Assembly: GCA_047495785.1 (NCBI GenBank) | Contig: JBLDXI010000054.1 | Coordinates: 2,852,001 to 2,916,000 of the forward strand | Length of the DNA: 64,000 bases | Direction of reading: 5' to 3' | From: Lepidodermella squamata | Taxonomy: Eukaryota > Animalia > Gastrotricha | Shown here: piece by piece, positions 1-11,257 of the stretch | Layout: the number at the start of each line of letters is the position of its first letter | How positions within the stretch are numbered: the stretch's first letter is position 1 | The notes under the pieces: model-generated | Seen by the model: the letters and a program-made list of their open reading frames with translations, nothing else | The model's database searches: none | Told to the model about the DNA's origin: nothing | Made by a program: the position numbers and the translations under genes

Positions 1-454
1 ATTTGGTACCTTTGGGTCTTTAGAGACATTCTCATTGATGGCTTTCCAGACTTCGGATATCGGAAAATCACTGATTTTTGAAATCGATATTCGAAATCGA
101 TATCGCCTCTCTAGACAGAGATATTGCTCATAAATTGATCGACGATAGCATAAAATATTCGAAAAAATTAGAGATTTTAAGGAGGACTCAACTCGGAAAA
201 CCATGCCAAGGTGAAATCTTGTGTCGGGGCGTTTTCACTTTGAAATACCATTTTAAAATTCAGATTTCCATGTAATTTAATTTTTTCAAAAATTCCCTTT
301 TCAATTCTATTTTTTTCAAATTTTAATTTTTTTCAAATTCCCGGTAAAAATTATATTATAATTACTTATTTTTTTATTGATTAGTTGCAATTAATTATAT
401 CATAATTGCTTTATTATTTAAATATTTAATTAATTTTTAATTTTTATTCTTTAG

Positions 455-1999
455 AATACATCCAGTGTTGACTGCGCCCCGGAAATTGCCGATGTCCTCG
501 ATCTCAGTGCCAAGCCGCCAAGCCTGGCGCACATCAGCAACCCGACGCCCCCGCTGCGGTCACCCGAGCCCGTCCCCGAACACCCGCCCAAGGCGCACTG
601 GCGCCTGCAGCCTGACGCAGCCAAGTTGTGCCGAGTCTGCAGTCGCGAAATCGAACCCACCGCCGGTTCTACAAGCAAAGTCTGCCTGGGCTGCCAGCGC
701 CGTTTCTCCGCACCAGACCCTGTTTCGCCGGCACTATCTGGCTTGAACACCCTGGTACCCGGGCTGCTCCCGCTCGACGTCGCCCTCGCAATCGCAACCC
801 GTCATCAGCTGCCGATGAAAACCGATAAATCAACCGAACCAGCCGGCAATGCCAACACATCACCAGCTTCAAGTACCGAAAAATCGGAAGCGACATCGAA
901 ATTTCACTGCGCCAAGTGTAGCATCAGTTTCCGGAGCGCGAAATCCCTCGAGGCGCACCTGGTCGACTACTGCCAACAAACCGGTCACGTGGCGAAAAAA
1001 CCAGGTGCTAAGCGCCGCGCGACCGTCGACAGCGCTATCCCGGGCCAGCAGCAGCAGCAGCAAGACCTTGTTTGCCAACTCTGCGGATACCACGGGCATT
1101 CGGAACGCGGAATTCGAGTTCATTTCAACGCCATGCATTCGATTGGGTCGGAGATTCAGTTGGAACAGTACCTAACTACGATGATCGTCCGGGCTGATCC
1201 GAGCTCGGAGCCGGTTGCTGAGAAGACTGCTGAATCAGCGACGCCGTCGACAAAACGCCGCCGCCTTAATAAACCGTCATCGAAAAAGGACATCGACCTG
1301 GCGCCGCTGAATCTGCTGGAACTCGCCGGGTTCAAGTTGGAACCGGTTCAGCAACAGGTGATGAAGAAAAAATCGAGCCCGAAATTGCCGGTTGAGCCCG
1401 TTTTACCAGCCCCGGTGGTGCCTGCCCAGGTGTCGAATTTGAACAGCAACGGCTCGCTACGGCGCCAACCGCCCTTCGAATGCCGGCTGTGTTCGAAAAC
1501 ATTTCCAGACACGGCTAAACTACGGCTTCACATGCGATCGCACGAAAAGGACGAGACGATAATGTACTCGTGTAAACGGTGTAATAATTTCACGACTCAG
1601 GTCAAATCTGACCTAGTTCGGCATGTCAAGTTGGAACACGAGGGCGTCAACATGCGCCTGTCGACGTGGACCATCCCGCGCCGCGACGACAAGCCTAACG
1701 CTGGCGAGTCGGCCAGCGAAGGTTCGGACGACAACAGCGGGCCGATTTTTTGCGACGTCTGTCAAATTTCGTTCAAATTTCGCCACTCTTACGACGCCCA
1801 TCGCCGGTACTACTGCATGGCCAAGTGGAACGAGGGCAGTGATGAGGACGAGGCGGCGTCGTCGCCTCGGGACGATGAAGTCGATAGTGAGGAGAAAATG
1901 CTGCTGATTGATGAGGATGAAAATGCCGACATCGAGGCGGCGCCGAAATCATCACACGAAGAAGATGAAAATTCGATAAATGTCGATGTTACCTCATGA
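455..1999 (+). CDS. ZFPM: FOG/ZFPM (U-shaped)-like multi zinc-finger transcription cofactor, terminal exon (5' exons lie outside the window)
   Basis: Frame opens after the acceptor ttctttag at 454, upstream of the ORF-track start. Two FOG-type CCHC fingers (CAKCSISF...AHLVDYC; CDVCQISF...AHRRYYC), several C2H2 fingers and a VLDLS CtBP-binding-like motif. Confidence 0.75.
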   Translation, partial: NTSSVDCAPEIADVLDLSAKPPSLAHISNPTPPLRSPEPVPEHPPKAHWRLQPDAAKLCRVCSREIEPTAGSTSKVCLGCQRRFSAPDPVSPALSGLNTLVPGLLPLDVALAIATRHQLPMKTDKSTEPAGNANTSPASSTEKSEATSKFHCAKCSISFRSAKSLEAHLVDYCQQTGHVAKKPGAKRRATVDSAIPGQQQQQQDLVCQLCGYHGHSERGIRVHFNAMHSIGSEIQLEQYLTTMIVRADPSSEPVAEKTAESATPSTKRRRLNKPSSKKDIDLAPLNLLELAGFKLEPVQQQVMKKKSSPKLPVEPVLPAPVVPAQVSNLNSNGSLRRQPPFECRLCSKTFPDTAKLRLHMRSHEKDETIMYSCKRCNNFTTQVKSDLVRHVKLEHEGVNMRLSTWTIPRRDDKPNAGESASEGSDDNSGPIFCDVCQISFKFRHSYDAHRRYYCMAKWNEGSDEDEAASSPRDDEVDSEEKMLLIDEDENADIEAAPKSSHEEDENSINVDVTS

Positions 2000-2149
2000 T
2001 TTTTTTCGTTTCCTTCGACCGCATGCCTATATTCCTGCTTCTAATTCATATTATTATTAATAAATGCCACCGATTTTTTTCGCTCTTGCTACAACAGAAT
2101 TTTTTGAGAAATAAAAAATACCAATGAAATCAAACTGTTGTGTCTCGTT

Positions 2150-4774
2150 TTATTGATGGTTAATTTCATTGAGCATGCTGTTGAGGTAGTAATAGACTAA
2201 TAGGGTGAATAATGCGCTGGAAATGTGGCTTTTATCCACCCTGGCTCGGTTGCAGTAGTCGTGGGAGCAGCATGACACTTCGGTAACAGTTGAGTCGGCT
2301 TTGTAACGACTGCAAAATCGATCGGCCTGATAGAAAATTTTCGAACTCCGCCAAATGACTCGTTTCTGAATTACAAAAAGATGCTATCACTTCTATCACT
2401 GCTATCTTTTGAAGTTATTTTCAGAATAAAAAAATAAAAAAAAGAGACTGAAATGTACGGAAATTATGTGATTTTTTTTTATAAATTTTGAATCGGTCTT
2501 ATTAATACAGAAAATTATGCGGAATTGATTTCAATTCTGGGGGATTACTGGATCGAAATTTGTAAAAAAATTCATTGTAATTAAGTATTCAAAATTATTC
2601 AAATTAAATATTCAAAAAAATCTGTTTCCGCTAGAAGTGCGTCCCAGAAGATGCGCCACTATTTTCATGAAATTCATGAAATTTTATAAAGTTAATCCCA
2701 CTGAGAGAATATTCTATCTTTTATGCGCGACTTAACCGAAGAAGTAACAAAATTTATGTAACAAAACCGAAAAAACCCGATGGTAACGGGTTCGGTAATT
2801 TTCGGTATTTTACCCGGCTGCACAAAATTTATCCGGAATTTAATAAACCCATAACCAAGTGGCATACATGATTACTATTCTCGTGATTTTTTTTTTAATT
2901 TTTCTAAAATTTTTCTGGCCATGAGATGTGACTTCGTCCCTAATTTTCTTTGCTTGCGTTACTTATGGGACACGCTGTATTTTCGGCTTGAATTTCCAGT
3001 TTTGTTCACCAAGATTTCACCAATTAAGAAATTATGATTCGAAAAAAATTATTTCCCGTTTCGCGGGAATGATGCGTTTTTAAGTGAGCTCGTGTCCCAC
3101 TTTTTAAACTTACGCAACAGTAGTGTTCACCAGGTAAACATCTTTGGGCAGGACCGACTCCGTATAGCGGACAGTTAGTTTTGTTGCAAACGAAGCAGTA
3201 TCGCCAATAATTATCTTGAAATTAATGAAAAAATCTCAATGATAATTTTATGAAATAATTTGCGAGAGCTCACCGTCTTTTGGAACAACAGTCACGTTGA
3301 AAAAAACGTGAAGCAAGGCCGGTTGGATCCAGGTGTCTCGGAAGGTGACTTGAAGCATGTAAGACCTTGCATCGTCCCTAACGCTGAAAATAGCACCGGC
3401 TCTAGTGTTGATATCTATATTAAAACAAAAAATCCAAAAATCATGCACACAATTATTCTAAAATTCTGAAAAAACCTATGCAAAACTGAGTTGTATTCGG
3501 AGTTGTTGCATTCGCACAACTCGCGTTGAATAGCGCTACAAATTTATCTGACGGGTCGTTGAAGGTCACAAAATCTCGGTACAACAGCGATTTGCACATA
3601 TAAGTAACATCCAAATTGTTATCGTCATCCCTGGCGCAAACTGTCACGATTGTTTTCGAAAATTCCGTATCCTCACTGATGTATAGAGGCATCGGGTAAG
3701 TTGACGGCGACTGAAATGCAACTCAATTAATTCGGAAAATTCCAGATTTTAATGAGGTGTTAATTTACGACTAAATACGGCCGCCGATTCAAATAAGGCC
3801 AAAGCTGGACTTGAAATCGTTGAGAAACTTCAATGGTACCAGGGGCTCGAGCCATTACCGTCAGCGTAAAATTTGTCACGGTATTATTGTACAAAATACC
3901 GTTAAGATCGGTACCAGCCTCAATGTAAACTTCTGAGGGCGAAAAAATAAGCAAATAAATTAGGGTTAATTTTCTTTTAATTTTTTACGCACTCGCGGTA
4001 TTTATCGCAGCTCCTGGGGCGATTGCAAAAAGGTTGTTAGCGACATCAGGTGACACAAGCGGAGCCTCAACAGATACGATCGAGAATGTCACCTTGACCC
4101 CAGGTTGCGAGTAGTTGGTCCAAATATCCAGAACATAATATCGGCTCCTTAAATGATTCAACAAAATTTTTCCAATTTTTTTCGGAAAATCTTATTTATA
4201 CTCTCTTGTATAATCGACATATACTACAACGGGTTGAGTTGCATTGATGCTGATTGGGTACGTCTCAACGTTTGTGAGATTAACGGCTGAAAAAATTCAA
4301 TATATATAAAATTCTAAGAAAATTTGTTTATATCTCACGGCATCGAACTGTTGAGAATGACGAATCGCAATTGCATCGATTTCCTGTCGAACAACACTGA
4401 TAGCCAAGAGGGCACGATCGTTGGGTGATACAACCGAAAATGCGGCTATTAGTGGCTGGCCAGTCGTTAACGAAGCAGAGGCCGGTTGCGGCCGGTACTT
4501 GGCACGTTGGGTTCGGGTAATACGGAACGGGTGGGGATACGTTGCATGAAGTTATGTTTCCGTAGTAGGTGGTACAGTTGTTATAGTAACAGGTTATCAA
4601 CTCAGTAGATTGCGCTGTTAAAAAATATTAAAAAAAATAAATATTGGTACCTAGGGAAATTCGTGTGAATGTTAAAATAAATTTACCTGATGATTGCCCA
4701 AATATGCAAATTAAGCTAATAATTCCGGCGACGAAAATACTTGGTATAATCGATGAGTATCTGTTTTCGATCAT
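2150..4774 (-). CDS. Secreted, probably GPI-anchored mosaic protein: signal peptide, Cys-rich WAP-like region, cadherin-like repeats, C-terminal Ly6/uPAR (LU) domain
   Basis: Multi-exon model with GT-AG introns. MIENRYSSIIPSIFVAGIISLICIFG signal; SCPLGYQCCSTGNRC; YISEDTEFSKTIVTVCARDDD (cadherin-like); last two exons join to YCFVCNKTNC...CLPGEHYCC...CCSHDYCN followed by a hydrophobic tail. Confidence 0.65.
2770..2880 (+). repeat. Interspersed intronic repeat, related to the repeat in the VPS33 intron
   Basis: gtaacgggttcggtaattttcggtattttacc...ccgga...caagtggcat aligns by eye with 38724-38820 and 38905-38970. Confidence 0.6.
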
Positions 4775-5014
4775 TTTATATTTAAATTTGGATCAATATG
4801 CGAAAATGATTTTTTTAAACTAGGTGACTGTGTATTAAATTAGCTTTACGCTGTAGCTGAGCAGCGTGATTAGTATCATGAACATTAAACAGTTCACGCG
4901 GCGGTGCTTTAGACGCCATTGAGACGTCTCGGCAAAATCTGATACAGCGCTAAATGTTTCCACACTTGTGTAGAAAATAACTCAAAAGACTATATGCAAC
5001 CATGTTTTTCACGT

Positions 5015-5086
5015 GGTCCCATGGTGTAGCGGTTAGCACTCAGGACTCTGAATCCTGCGACTCGAGTTCAAATCTCGATGGGACCT
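5015..5086 (+). tRNA. trnQ-CTG: tRNA-Gln(CUG), copy 1
   Basis: 72-nt cloverleaf GGTCCCA...TGGGACCT, anticodon arm CAGGA-CTCTGAA-TCCTG, T-loop TTCAAAT, followed by an oligo-T Pol III terminator. Confidence 0.97.
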
Positions 5087-5133
5087 TAATTTTTTTTTCG
5101 GCCTCCTTTTTCGACATTTTTTTTTACTTCGCC

Positions 5134-5184
5134 GCATATACAAATAATTACACTTGATGTCTTGCCCTTTATCATAGATCGGCT
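5134..5184 (+). promoter_or_regulatory. Putative bipartite snRNA promoter (PSE-like) upstream of U4
   Basis: CATATACAAA at about -75 to -66 and AGA[AT]CGG[CT]T at about -34 to -26 are kept in all five otherwise divergent tRNA-U4 spacers. The proximal element also precedes the truncated U4 at 11211. Confidence 0.55.
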
Positions 5185-5209
5185 TCAGCTCATATTTTCG
5201 TTGATCTTT

Positions 5210-5347
5210 AGCTTTGCGCAGTGGCAGTTCCGTACTCAGTGAGGTGCAAACCGAGAGGCGGAAATTGCTAATTGAAAACTACCCCAATTACCCGCTCTGA
5301 GGACCTACGGGTCCGCTGTAGCACTTTCTGGAGCCCCACAAGGGGCT
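5210..5347 (+). ncRNA. RNU4: U4 spliceosomal snRNA, copy 1
   Basis: Starts AGCTTTGCGCAGTGGCAG (U4/U6 stem II); k-turn stem-loop CTC-AGT-GA-GGT-GCAA-ACC-GA-GAG; TTGCTAATTGAAAAC (stem I); Sm-site region ACTTTCTGG; 3' hairpin AGCCCC-ACAA-GGGGCT. Confidence 0.95.
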
Positions 5348-5604
5348 TTTGAACATCAAAAACAAAAATCAAGTCTGGCTTTAATTCAAATTTTGCCACA
5401 AGTTTAACGAAGCGTTAAGTCAGCCGTATATCTTATTTTTTTCTAAAAATCTCCTGTACCAAAAATAATTGAATTAATCAATAACTTGATATCAGCCCCT
5501 GAAACTAAATTTTCCGCTTCGTTTAATAATTATTTTGGCTCTGATAATAATGTCTGTCTCCAGGTTCAACCATTTATTTCCCGGTGACTAGCATTTTGGG
5601 AAAA

Positions 5605-8237
5605 ATGAGCTCAAATAAACTTTTTAGAGATTTGTCCCTCACGTTAGCGTTAATTGCGGTTTTGGTCTCCTGTAAAGTTCGGTCGCATAAAACCGATGAA
5701 ACTTTCTACGACGAACCGAATGGAGCTAATGAAAGTGAGTTGTACATCAACAGCGAACAAGTGGAGGATTACGACCCGAAACCATCGACACCGGCTCCAA
5801 CTGTCAAGCCCGTGCTGGCCAATCTGATGAAGCGGGGACACAACGTCGTGAATCTCCTGTTAAAGAAAATTTTCTGGAATTATAACAAGGAAAGCATCCC
5901 TAGCAGGTGAAATCGCTGCTATTAATTAAAAAACAATTACAATTTCTTTTTGAATTTTCAGTCCCGTTGAGGTCCACATGGATGTATTGCTGCTCAAGGT
6001 CAAATACACTGTGGAAAAGGAGGGAATTTTCGAATGCGTTATCGCATTGATGATGGTAAAATAGCCCGATTCTATCTCCATCATAAAATTTCTATTTCAA
6101 ACAGGAATGGAGCGATCTTCGGATGTCTTGGTACGAAATATTTCAACTGTGCTTTTAAATGACTAAAATATGGCTAATCAGGGATCCTAAGGAGTACGGC
6201 AATGTTTCTGTTTTAGCTTTTGATTCCGATCGGGTTTGGCTCCCGGATATAGCGGTATTTCTTAATTTTAAAAGTTTGATACAAATAATTATTGTTATTT
6301 TTATTGAAGATGACCAACTCAGGTGACAAGGCTCGCTTATACTTTATTTCAAAGTATCATCGCCAATTTTGTTACAGCCGATCACATCTATTCGATTTCG
6401 AGAGATTCGCGGTTCATAGTGCGCGTAACCAATAATGGAGTATTCAAGTTCGTCCCTACAGGTCAAATATTTCAAAAAAATTCACGAATTTTAACTAATA
6501 TTTTTTTATCAACCAAAGGAACTGCTCGAACTTGGTGCGGTAAGGAACTTTCGTTTTTTGAGTCATTTTTTGAACGTTGGTCTTTTAGATCTGAAATTGT
6601 TGACTTTTCCCTTCGATTATCAAGAGGTGAGTTTATTCTTACTTTACCCTGCAGCGAATTTGATGACTTTTTTGTAGTGCTCGTTGGAGTTTGAAAGGTA
6701 ACTGGATGTTACTAAGATTGATCTCAGTTCAATAGCTGATTTCCGCTGGTCTCTCGACATGACAGCCCTGACATTTGATAACAAAAGCAATTTGCTAGTC
6801 GACGATTCTTTCGCGTCTAATCAGTTTTTCCTGTGCGAAAAGAATGTTTCGGTAAGTTTCATCGATTGTATAAATTTCGACTTGAGACTAATTTTGAACA
6901 ATTTCCCAGCGATATTACCATACTTACGAATTTACTGGAGAGACATTTTCGAGGCTGAGATTTGACTTCAAAGTTTGTTTCATTTATATAAGAGACCACC
7001 TTAATTGGGAAATGATTCAAACAGGTTCGCCGGAAGAGCACTTTTTACATTATCAACTTGATTTTTCCAGTAAGGTGGATTTTTTATTTTCAATATTTTA
7101 TTGATTTTTTGCTTTTTTAGTGTGCCACCCTATCTGCCATTCAATTGCTTGTTTTCTTGATCTCGAGTACCGATACTACAGCCGATAGGATAGGTTTCGG
7201 AACTACCAACCTGCTTACTCTAGTCGTGTTCCAGGTTAGGATAATTCCTCAGAATTTTCTTTCTAATTTCCTTTCCTTTTCAAGACCATTGTGACAGAGG
7301 AAATGCCGAGAACTTCGAACGCAGTTACAACGCTGTCCAAGTACATAATCGCCCTGATAGTCATAGCAGCCATCGGAATTTTCGAATCAGTCATCGTCGA
7401 ACGCATGTACTGCGAAACATCGCAATACCCACCTCCGAAATTCATCCTAACCATACTGAAGCACGTACCAATTCTGGGCTACGGGAAGCATCACATGACG
7501 CTGAAGAAGATGCACAAGCATAAGGTAAACAAATGAAGTGAATCCGATACTTATAGAGAGTAATCTTACTTTCTTCATTTCAGAAGCATCTTAAGAAATC
7601 TACTGCAAAACTTATGAAGAAGGCGATAACGTTCGACAGTGGGTTGTGTGAAAACAGTCCATCTAAAGGGAGTATGGAGAAGGAACGGAATGGTCTGAGT
7701 AATCACCCAGTTGGTATCAATGAACTAGAGTGCGACATCAACTCCATGAGCCAAAGAAGGAATTCCTATCATTACGCAGTTACGACTGGACTAGATCCTT
7801 GTTCCCAACAAACTATCCCGATTATTCAATCCCAAAATGGAGTTTCTGTAAGTTTGGCTAATAATTCTGACACTGGTACGGTCATCAAACACGGAGAACT
7901 GACAATCCACCTAAATTTCATCATCTCAAAATCTGCGGAGACCATCGGCGCAAGAAACGAGGAGGGTGATTCTGGGCCGAAAAGCATGAGTAGAGCTTCT
8001 GCATACGAAGACTGTGACGATACTGAATTCCTGAGAATCTGCCGTCACAACGCCCGTCTCTGGACGAGCTTCGCGTTGAAAATCGATTTTCTCACCTTCG
8101 TCGGATGTCTGACGGCGGCTATTATGGCCCCGCTTATGGCTTTCTTCCCGCTATTGGACTTCCAGGAAGGCTGCTACGACGAGGCTGGAAAACTTGCGGG
8201 ATTCGCAAACGAAACCCGACACGTTGATTCAGGATGA
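5605..8237 (+). CDS. Cys-loop ligand-gated ion channel subunit (nAChR/5-HT3-like, no vicinal loop-C cysteines)
   Basis: Signal peptide; WLPDI; spliced Cys-loop C-DLKLLTFPFDYQE-C; RRKSTFYIINLIFP before M1; M2 ADRIGFGTTNLLTLVVFQ; MPRTS; long M3-M4 loop; IDFLTF M4. Many short exons. Confidence 0.9.
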
Positions 8238-8377
8238 CATTTTATTTTTTTCTTGCATAACAAATTAACGATTTGCATGTGTTAGTTTCAAGCGTAAAGA
8301 GTTTTGTAGAACGTGATTAGCATCATCCTATAGAAATGTGAATAAATTATCATCGAATCATCTCTAACATCTAAAGC

Positions 8378-9296
8378 TTACTTTGCCAAACAGGAGCTAC
8401 CAGAAGCTCGCACTGCCTCCAGGAAGCCCAGCCAGTTTTGAGGCGTTTTCATGAGTTCTTCTCTTAGAGCGGCCATTCTGTCTTCTGAAGTCTGTTTAAA
8501 GGGATCTTATATTATCAACAATCTATTCCTCAAGGTCGGTTCCAAACCTTTCTATCGAAAATCTTAGCAATCTCTTCACTAGAGAACACGCTTTGATCTG
8601 TCAACTTTCCTCTCAGCGGACCATTGCGAGACAAAATCTCTAACAGCAAAGTGTCAGCATCGTCTAAAGCAGCGTTCAAAGCAGTTGAGAAGTGCTCCTT
8701 TCTGTCACCAGCCAAAATTCGATCAATTTCAGTTTTTTGACACGCTTGATACCACTTGATGTAGGGAGAATCTTCCATCATAGCGGCCTGGAAGTAGGCT
8801 AACCTTTCACCCAGATGCATGCAATGGAAAATTGCCAACAATGAGCTGTAAACTGCAAGTTTAACTTCTGATTCATCGTCGCCTTTTGACCGGCGTCGAC
8901 AAGTGCTTAGAATAGCTTCTTCAATCATTTTGCCCAAACTCTCCAAACCGCCACACCGAGCAGCTCTAGCCAGACCGACAAGCATAACATCATCCATGTT
9001 TCGAATGAACTCGCAAAGGACAGACTGGGCATTCTGACAGCCGTAGGTTTCGAAAATCAGTTCGATACTCTCAACATGGAAAGAATTATCATCGAGATGC
9101 GAGAGGGCCTTGACGAGTTGTATAGGATTGTACACGGCCTCGTCAAATTTGGCCAGAACACCACTTTGAAAGCAACCGTGCATTGTTTTGTTAAAACCAA
9201 GAATTTTCGTCAGAAACAAGTTTTTATTCTAAACAGCAACCCGAGTTTGATAAGAACTCTCTTATCTCTTGCGCTGCGTCTTGCACGTGCGATGTA
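8378..9296 (-). CDS. Hypothetical helical protein with possible C-terminal CARD/death-fold domain (5' end unresolved)
   Basis: 229-aa ORF bounded by GT-AG introns. Splicing out 8492-8547 adds a 38-codon last exon giving LTDQSVFSSEEIAKIFDRKTSEDRMAALREELMKTPQNWLGFLEAVRASG. Confidence 0.55.
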
Positions 9297-9562
9297 CTGG
9301 AAAGATTAGCGGTTGAAAAATCACGGCGTTCACAAAATTGTAAAAATTCAGACCGTGAAAGGTCGACTTAATGTTTGGTTGATGTGATACGTTTAAGCGG
9401 GAATGTTTATCTAGTACAGCCTCATCATTGAAGTTTGCCTCTCATCGTACCAACTGCAAATATTTACCTGCCTAAGCCAGTTGAGACCAAAATTTTGGCT
9501 AGTATTTTTTTGTGCTGGTAATACCTATTATTATGATGAGATTTTGTTAATCTTTCGCAACG

Positions 9563-10468
9563 ATGTTGGCAGTTTTTCTGCTTGTGATTAGCGTTCAGCT
9601 TACTGTAGGGCAAGAGTGCAGCGCGAAATCGGTACTGGACTTGACCAAAAATAAGTATCCGCCCGGGACAACACTTTCCGTTTCCTGCCCTTCATCTTCA
9701 ACCCCGGCGGTTACTGTGTCCACGTGCAATGCAAACGGAAGGTGGTCACCATCAAGACCATTTAGAGCTTGCAAAGGTATCTAGTATTCCCTAAATATTA
9801 TGATCACATTGATTTTTTTCAGTTTTTGAACCGGCAATAAACCGCAAGCCTACGAGGAATAACTATGATTACGATGTAGACTACGACCGCTGGGCAAGAC
9901 CGCCTGCTTCTCTACCTTACTCTTCCCAACCACTCTCGTGCAGCTGGCCTACTATAGCTCCTTCCTACGCCAGAGGCGTGAAAATCTCAATTGACTGCCC
10001 TTTCGGCTACATCGCCGGGAACAACACTGTCAACAAAACAACAACATTATCCTCTACAACTTGCACTAGTTACGGAAATTGGACAATCGAATTGGCTAAG
10101 TGCACAAGTCGGTCATGCCTAAATATATATCACTTAAACATTCAGTCCTTTTCATATTCCATACAGGCTATCGAAATCAGCCCTGTGTAATGCCCGAGAC
10201 TCCTAAGAATGGCTTGGTTTATTCGCATTCTCCGACCCTGGGAGGCAGTCCGAAAGGCGTCATTCAGTTCAGCAAGGGAAGCTTCATTAGGTAAGGAAGC
10301 GATAAATCGATCCCTCCTCCTTGCATTATTTTACGGAATTTGCTTCCCAGATACGAATGCATCGATGGGTATTTTCTGTATGGACCGAGGAGAATTAATT
10401 GCTTGGCTGACGGGGAATGGTCAACTGACCCTCCGCGCTGCGAACGCCATACGAGATCGGGGAAATAG
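9563..10468 (+). CDS. Small secreted Sushi/CCP-domain protein (three CCP modules)
   Basis: Signal peptide MLAVFLLVISVQLTVG; TCNANGRWSPSRPFRAC, TCTSYGNWTIELAKC and YECIDGYFLYGPRRINCLADGEWSTDPPRC; four exons. Confidence 0.85.
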
Positions 10469-10564
10469 ATCTTAACAAAGAAAATCATAGAGGATAAACT
10501 CAACGATTAAAAATAGCAATAAACGGCAAATACAGGAATTGCAACTTTGTTTTAGGTATTCACA

Positions 10565-10702
10565 AGCCCCTTGTGGGGCTCCAGAAAGTGCTACAGCGGA
10601 CCCGTGGGTCCTCAGAGCGGGTAATTGGGGTAGTTTTCAATTAGCAATTTCCGCCTCTCGGTTTGCACCTCACTGAGTACGGAACTGCCACTGCGCAAAG
10701 CT
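10565..10702 (-). ncRNA. RNU4: U4 snRNA, copy 2
   Basis: Reverse complement of copy 1 apart from one T/C in the GGACC[T/C]ACGGGTCC hairpin. Confidence 0.95.
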
Positions 10703-10822
10703 AAAGATTATCTAACATCGAAGCAGGAGCCGTTCTATGACGAAGGGCAAGACATTAAGTGAAATAATTTGTATATGCTGTGAAAGTAAAGAAATGTCTA
10801 AGAGGAGGCCGAAAAAAAGTGA

Positions 10823-10894
10823 AGGTCCCATCGAGATTTGAACTCGAGTCGCAGGATTCAGAGTCCTGAGTGCTAACCGCTACACCATGGGACC
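10823..10894 (-). tRNA. trnQ-CTG: tRNA-Gln(CUG), copy 2
   Basis: Identical 72-nt sequence on the minus strand, followed by a T-run. Confidence 0.97.
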
Positions 10895-11008
10895 GCTTGA
10901 AAAACTTGGTTGCATATACAGTTTTGATATCTCTATAACGCAATTCGTGGAATAATGTCTCGCTCATCAGTTTATTCCCGTCAGATCAAATTGTGACTAG
11001 CATTATTC

Positions 11009-11187
11009 TTATGTGAACAAGATCAGTGGAGTTATTGCTATAAGAGCTTTGTGCCGATTTCTTATCGAATTGTGGAACGCTGGATGTTCAACATCCTTAG
11101 GAATATTGGGGAATTTTAAACGAGCAGGTGAACATCTTGGGGAACGAACCTCTCCTGGAAGTATTTCGCTGATCCGTTTCTCGTTCA
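11009..11187 (-). pseudogene. 3' fragment of a glycosyltransferase gene (copy of the end of 18336-19334)
   Basis: Reverse complement closely matches about 19156-19334, including the intron and the DVEHPAFHNSIRNRHK exon. Similarity continues through the 3' flank to the tRNA. Confidence 0.85.
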
Positions 11188-11211
11188 CTGCGCCTGCCTC
11201 TGCGGAAAGCT
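11188..11211 (-). pseudogene. Truncated, degenerate U4 5' fragment
   Basis: AGCTTTCCGCAGAGGCAG (2 mismatches to the U4 5' end), preceded by AGAACGGCTCCAGCTTCGATATTAG, which matches the proximal upstream sequence of intact U4 copies. Confidence 0.7.
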
Positions 11212-11257
11212 AAGGGTCTACTAATATCGAAGCTGGAGCCGTTCTTTAACGCCTCTA

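Noticed and set aside
451-1955. Alternative-frame and antisense ORFs over the zinc-finger exon (and likewise over copines, DLD and the GPCR)
   Set aside because: Shadow ORFs of GC-rich coding sequence with no recognisable motifs.
10755-10967. Short ORFs over tRNA/U4 (also 13107-13352 and 22140-22337)
   Set aside because: Incidental frames across RNA genes; their mutual similarity comes from the RNA repeat.
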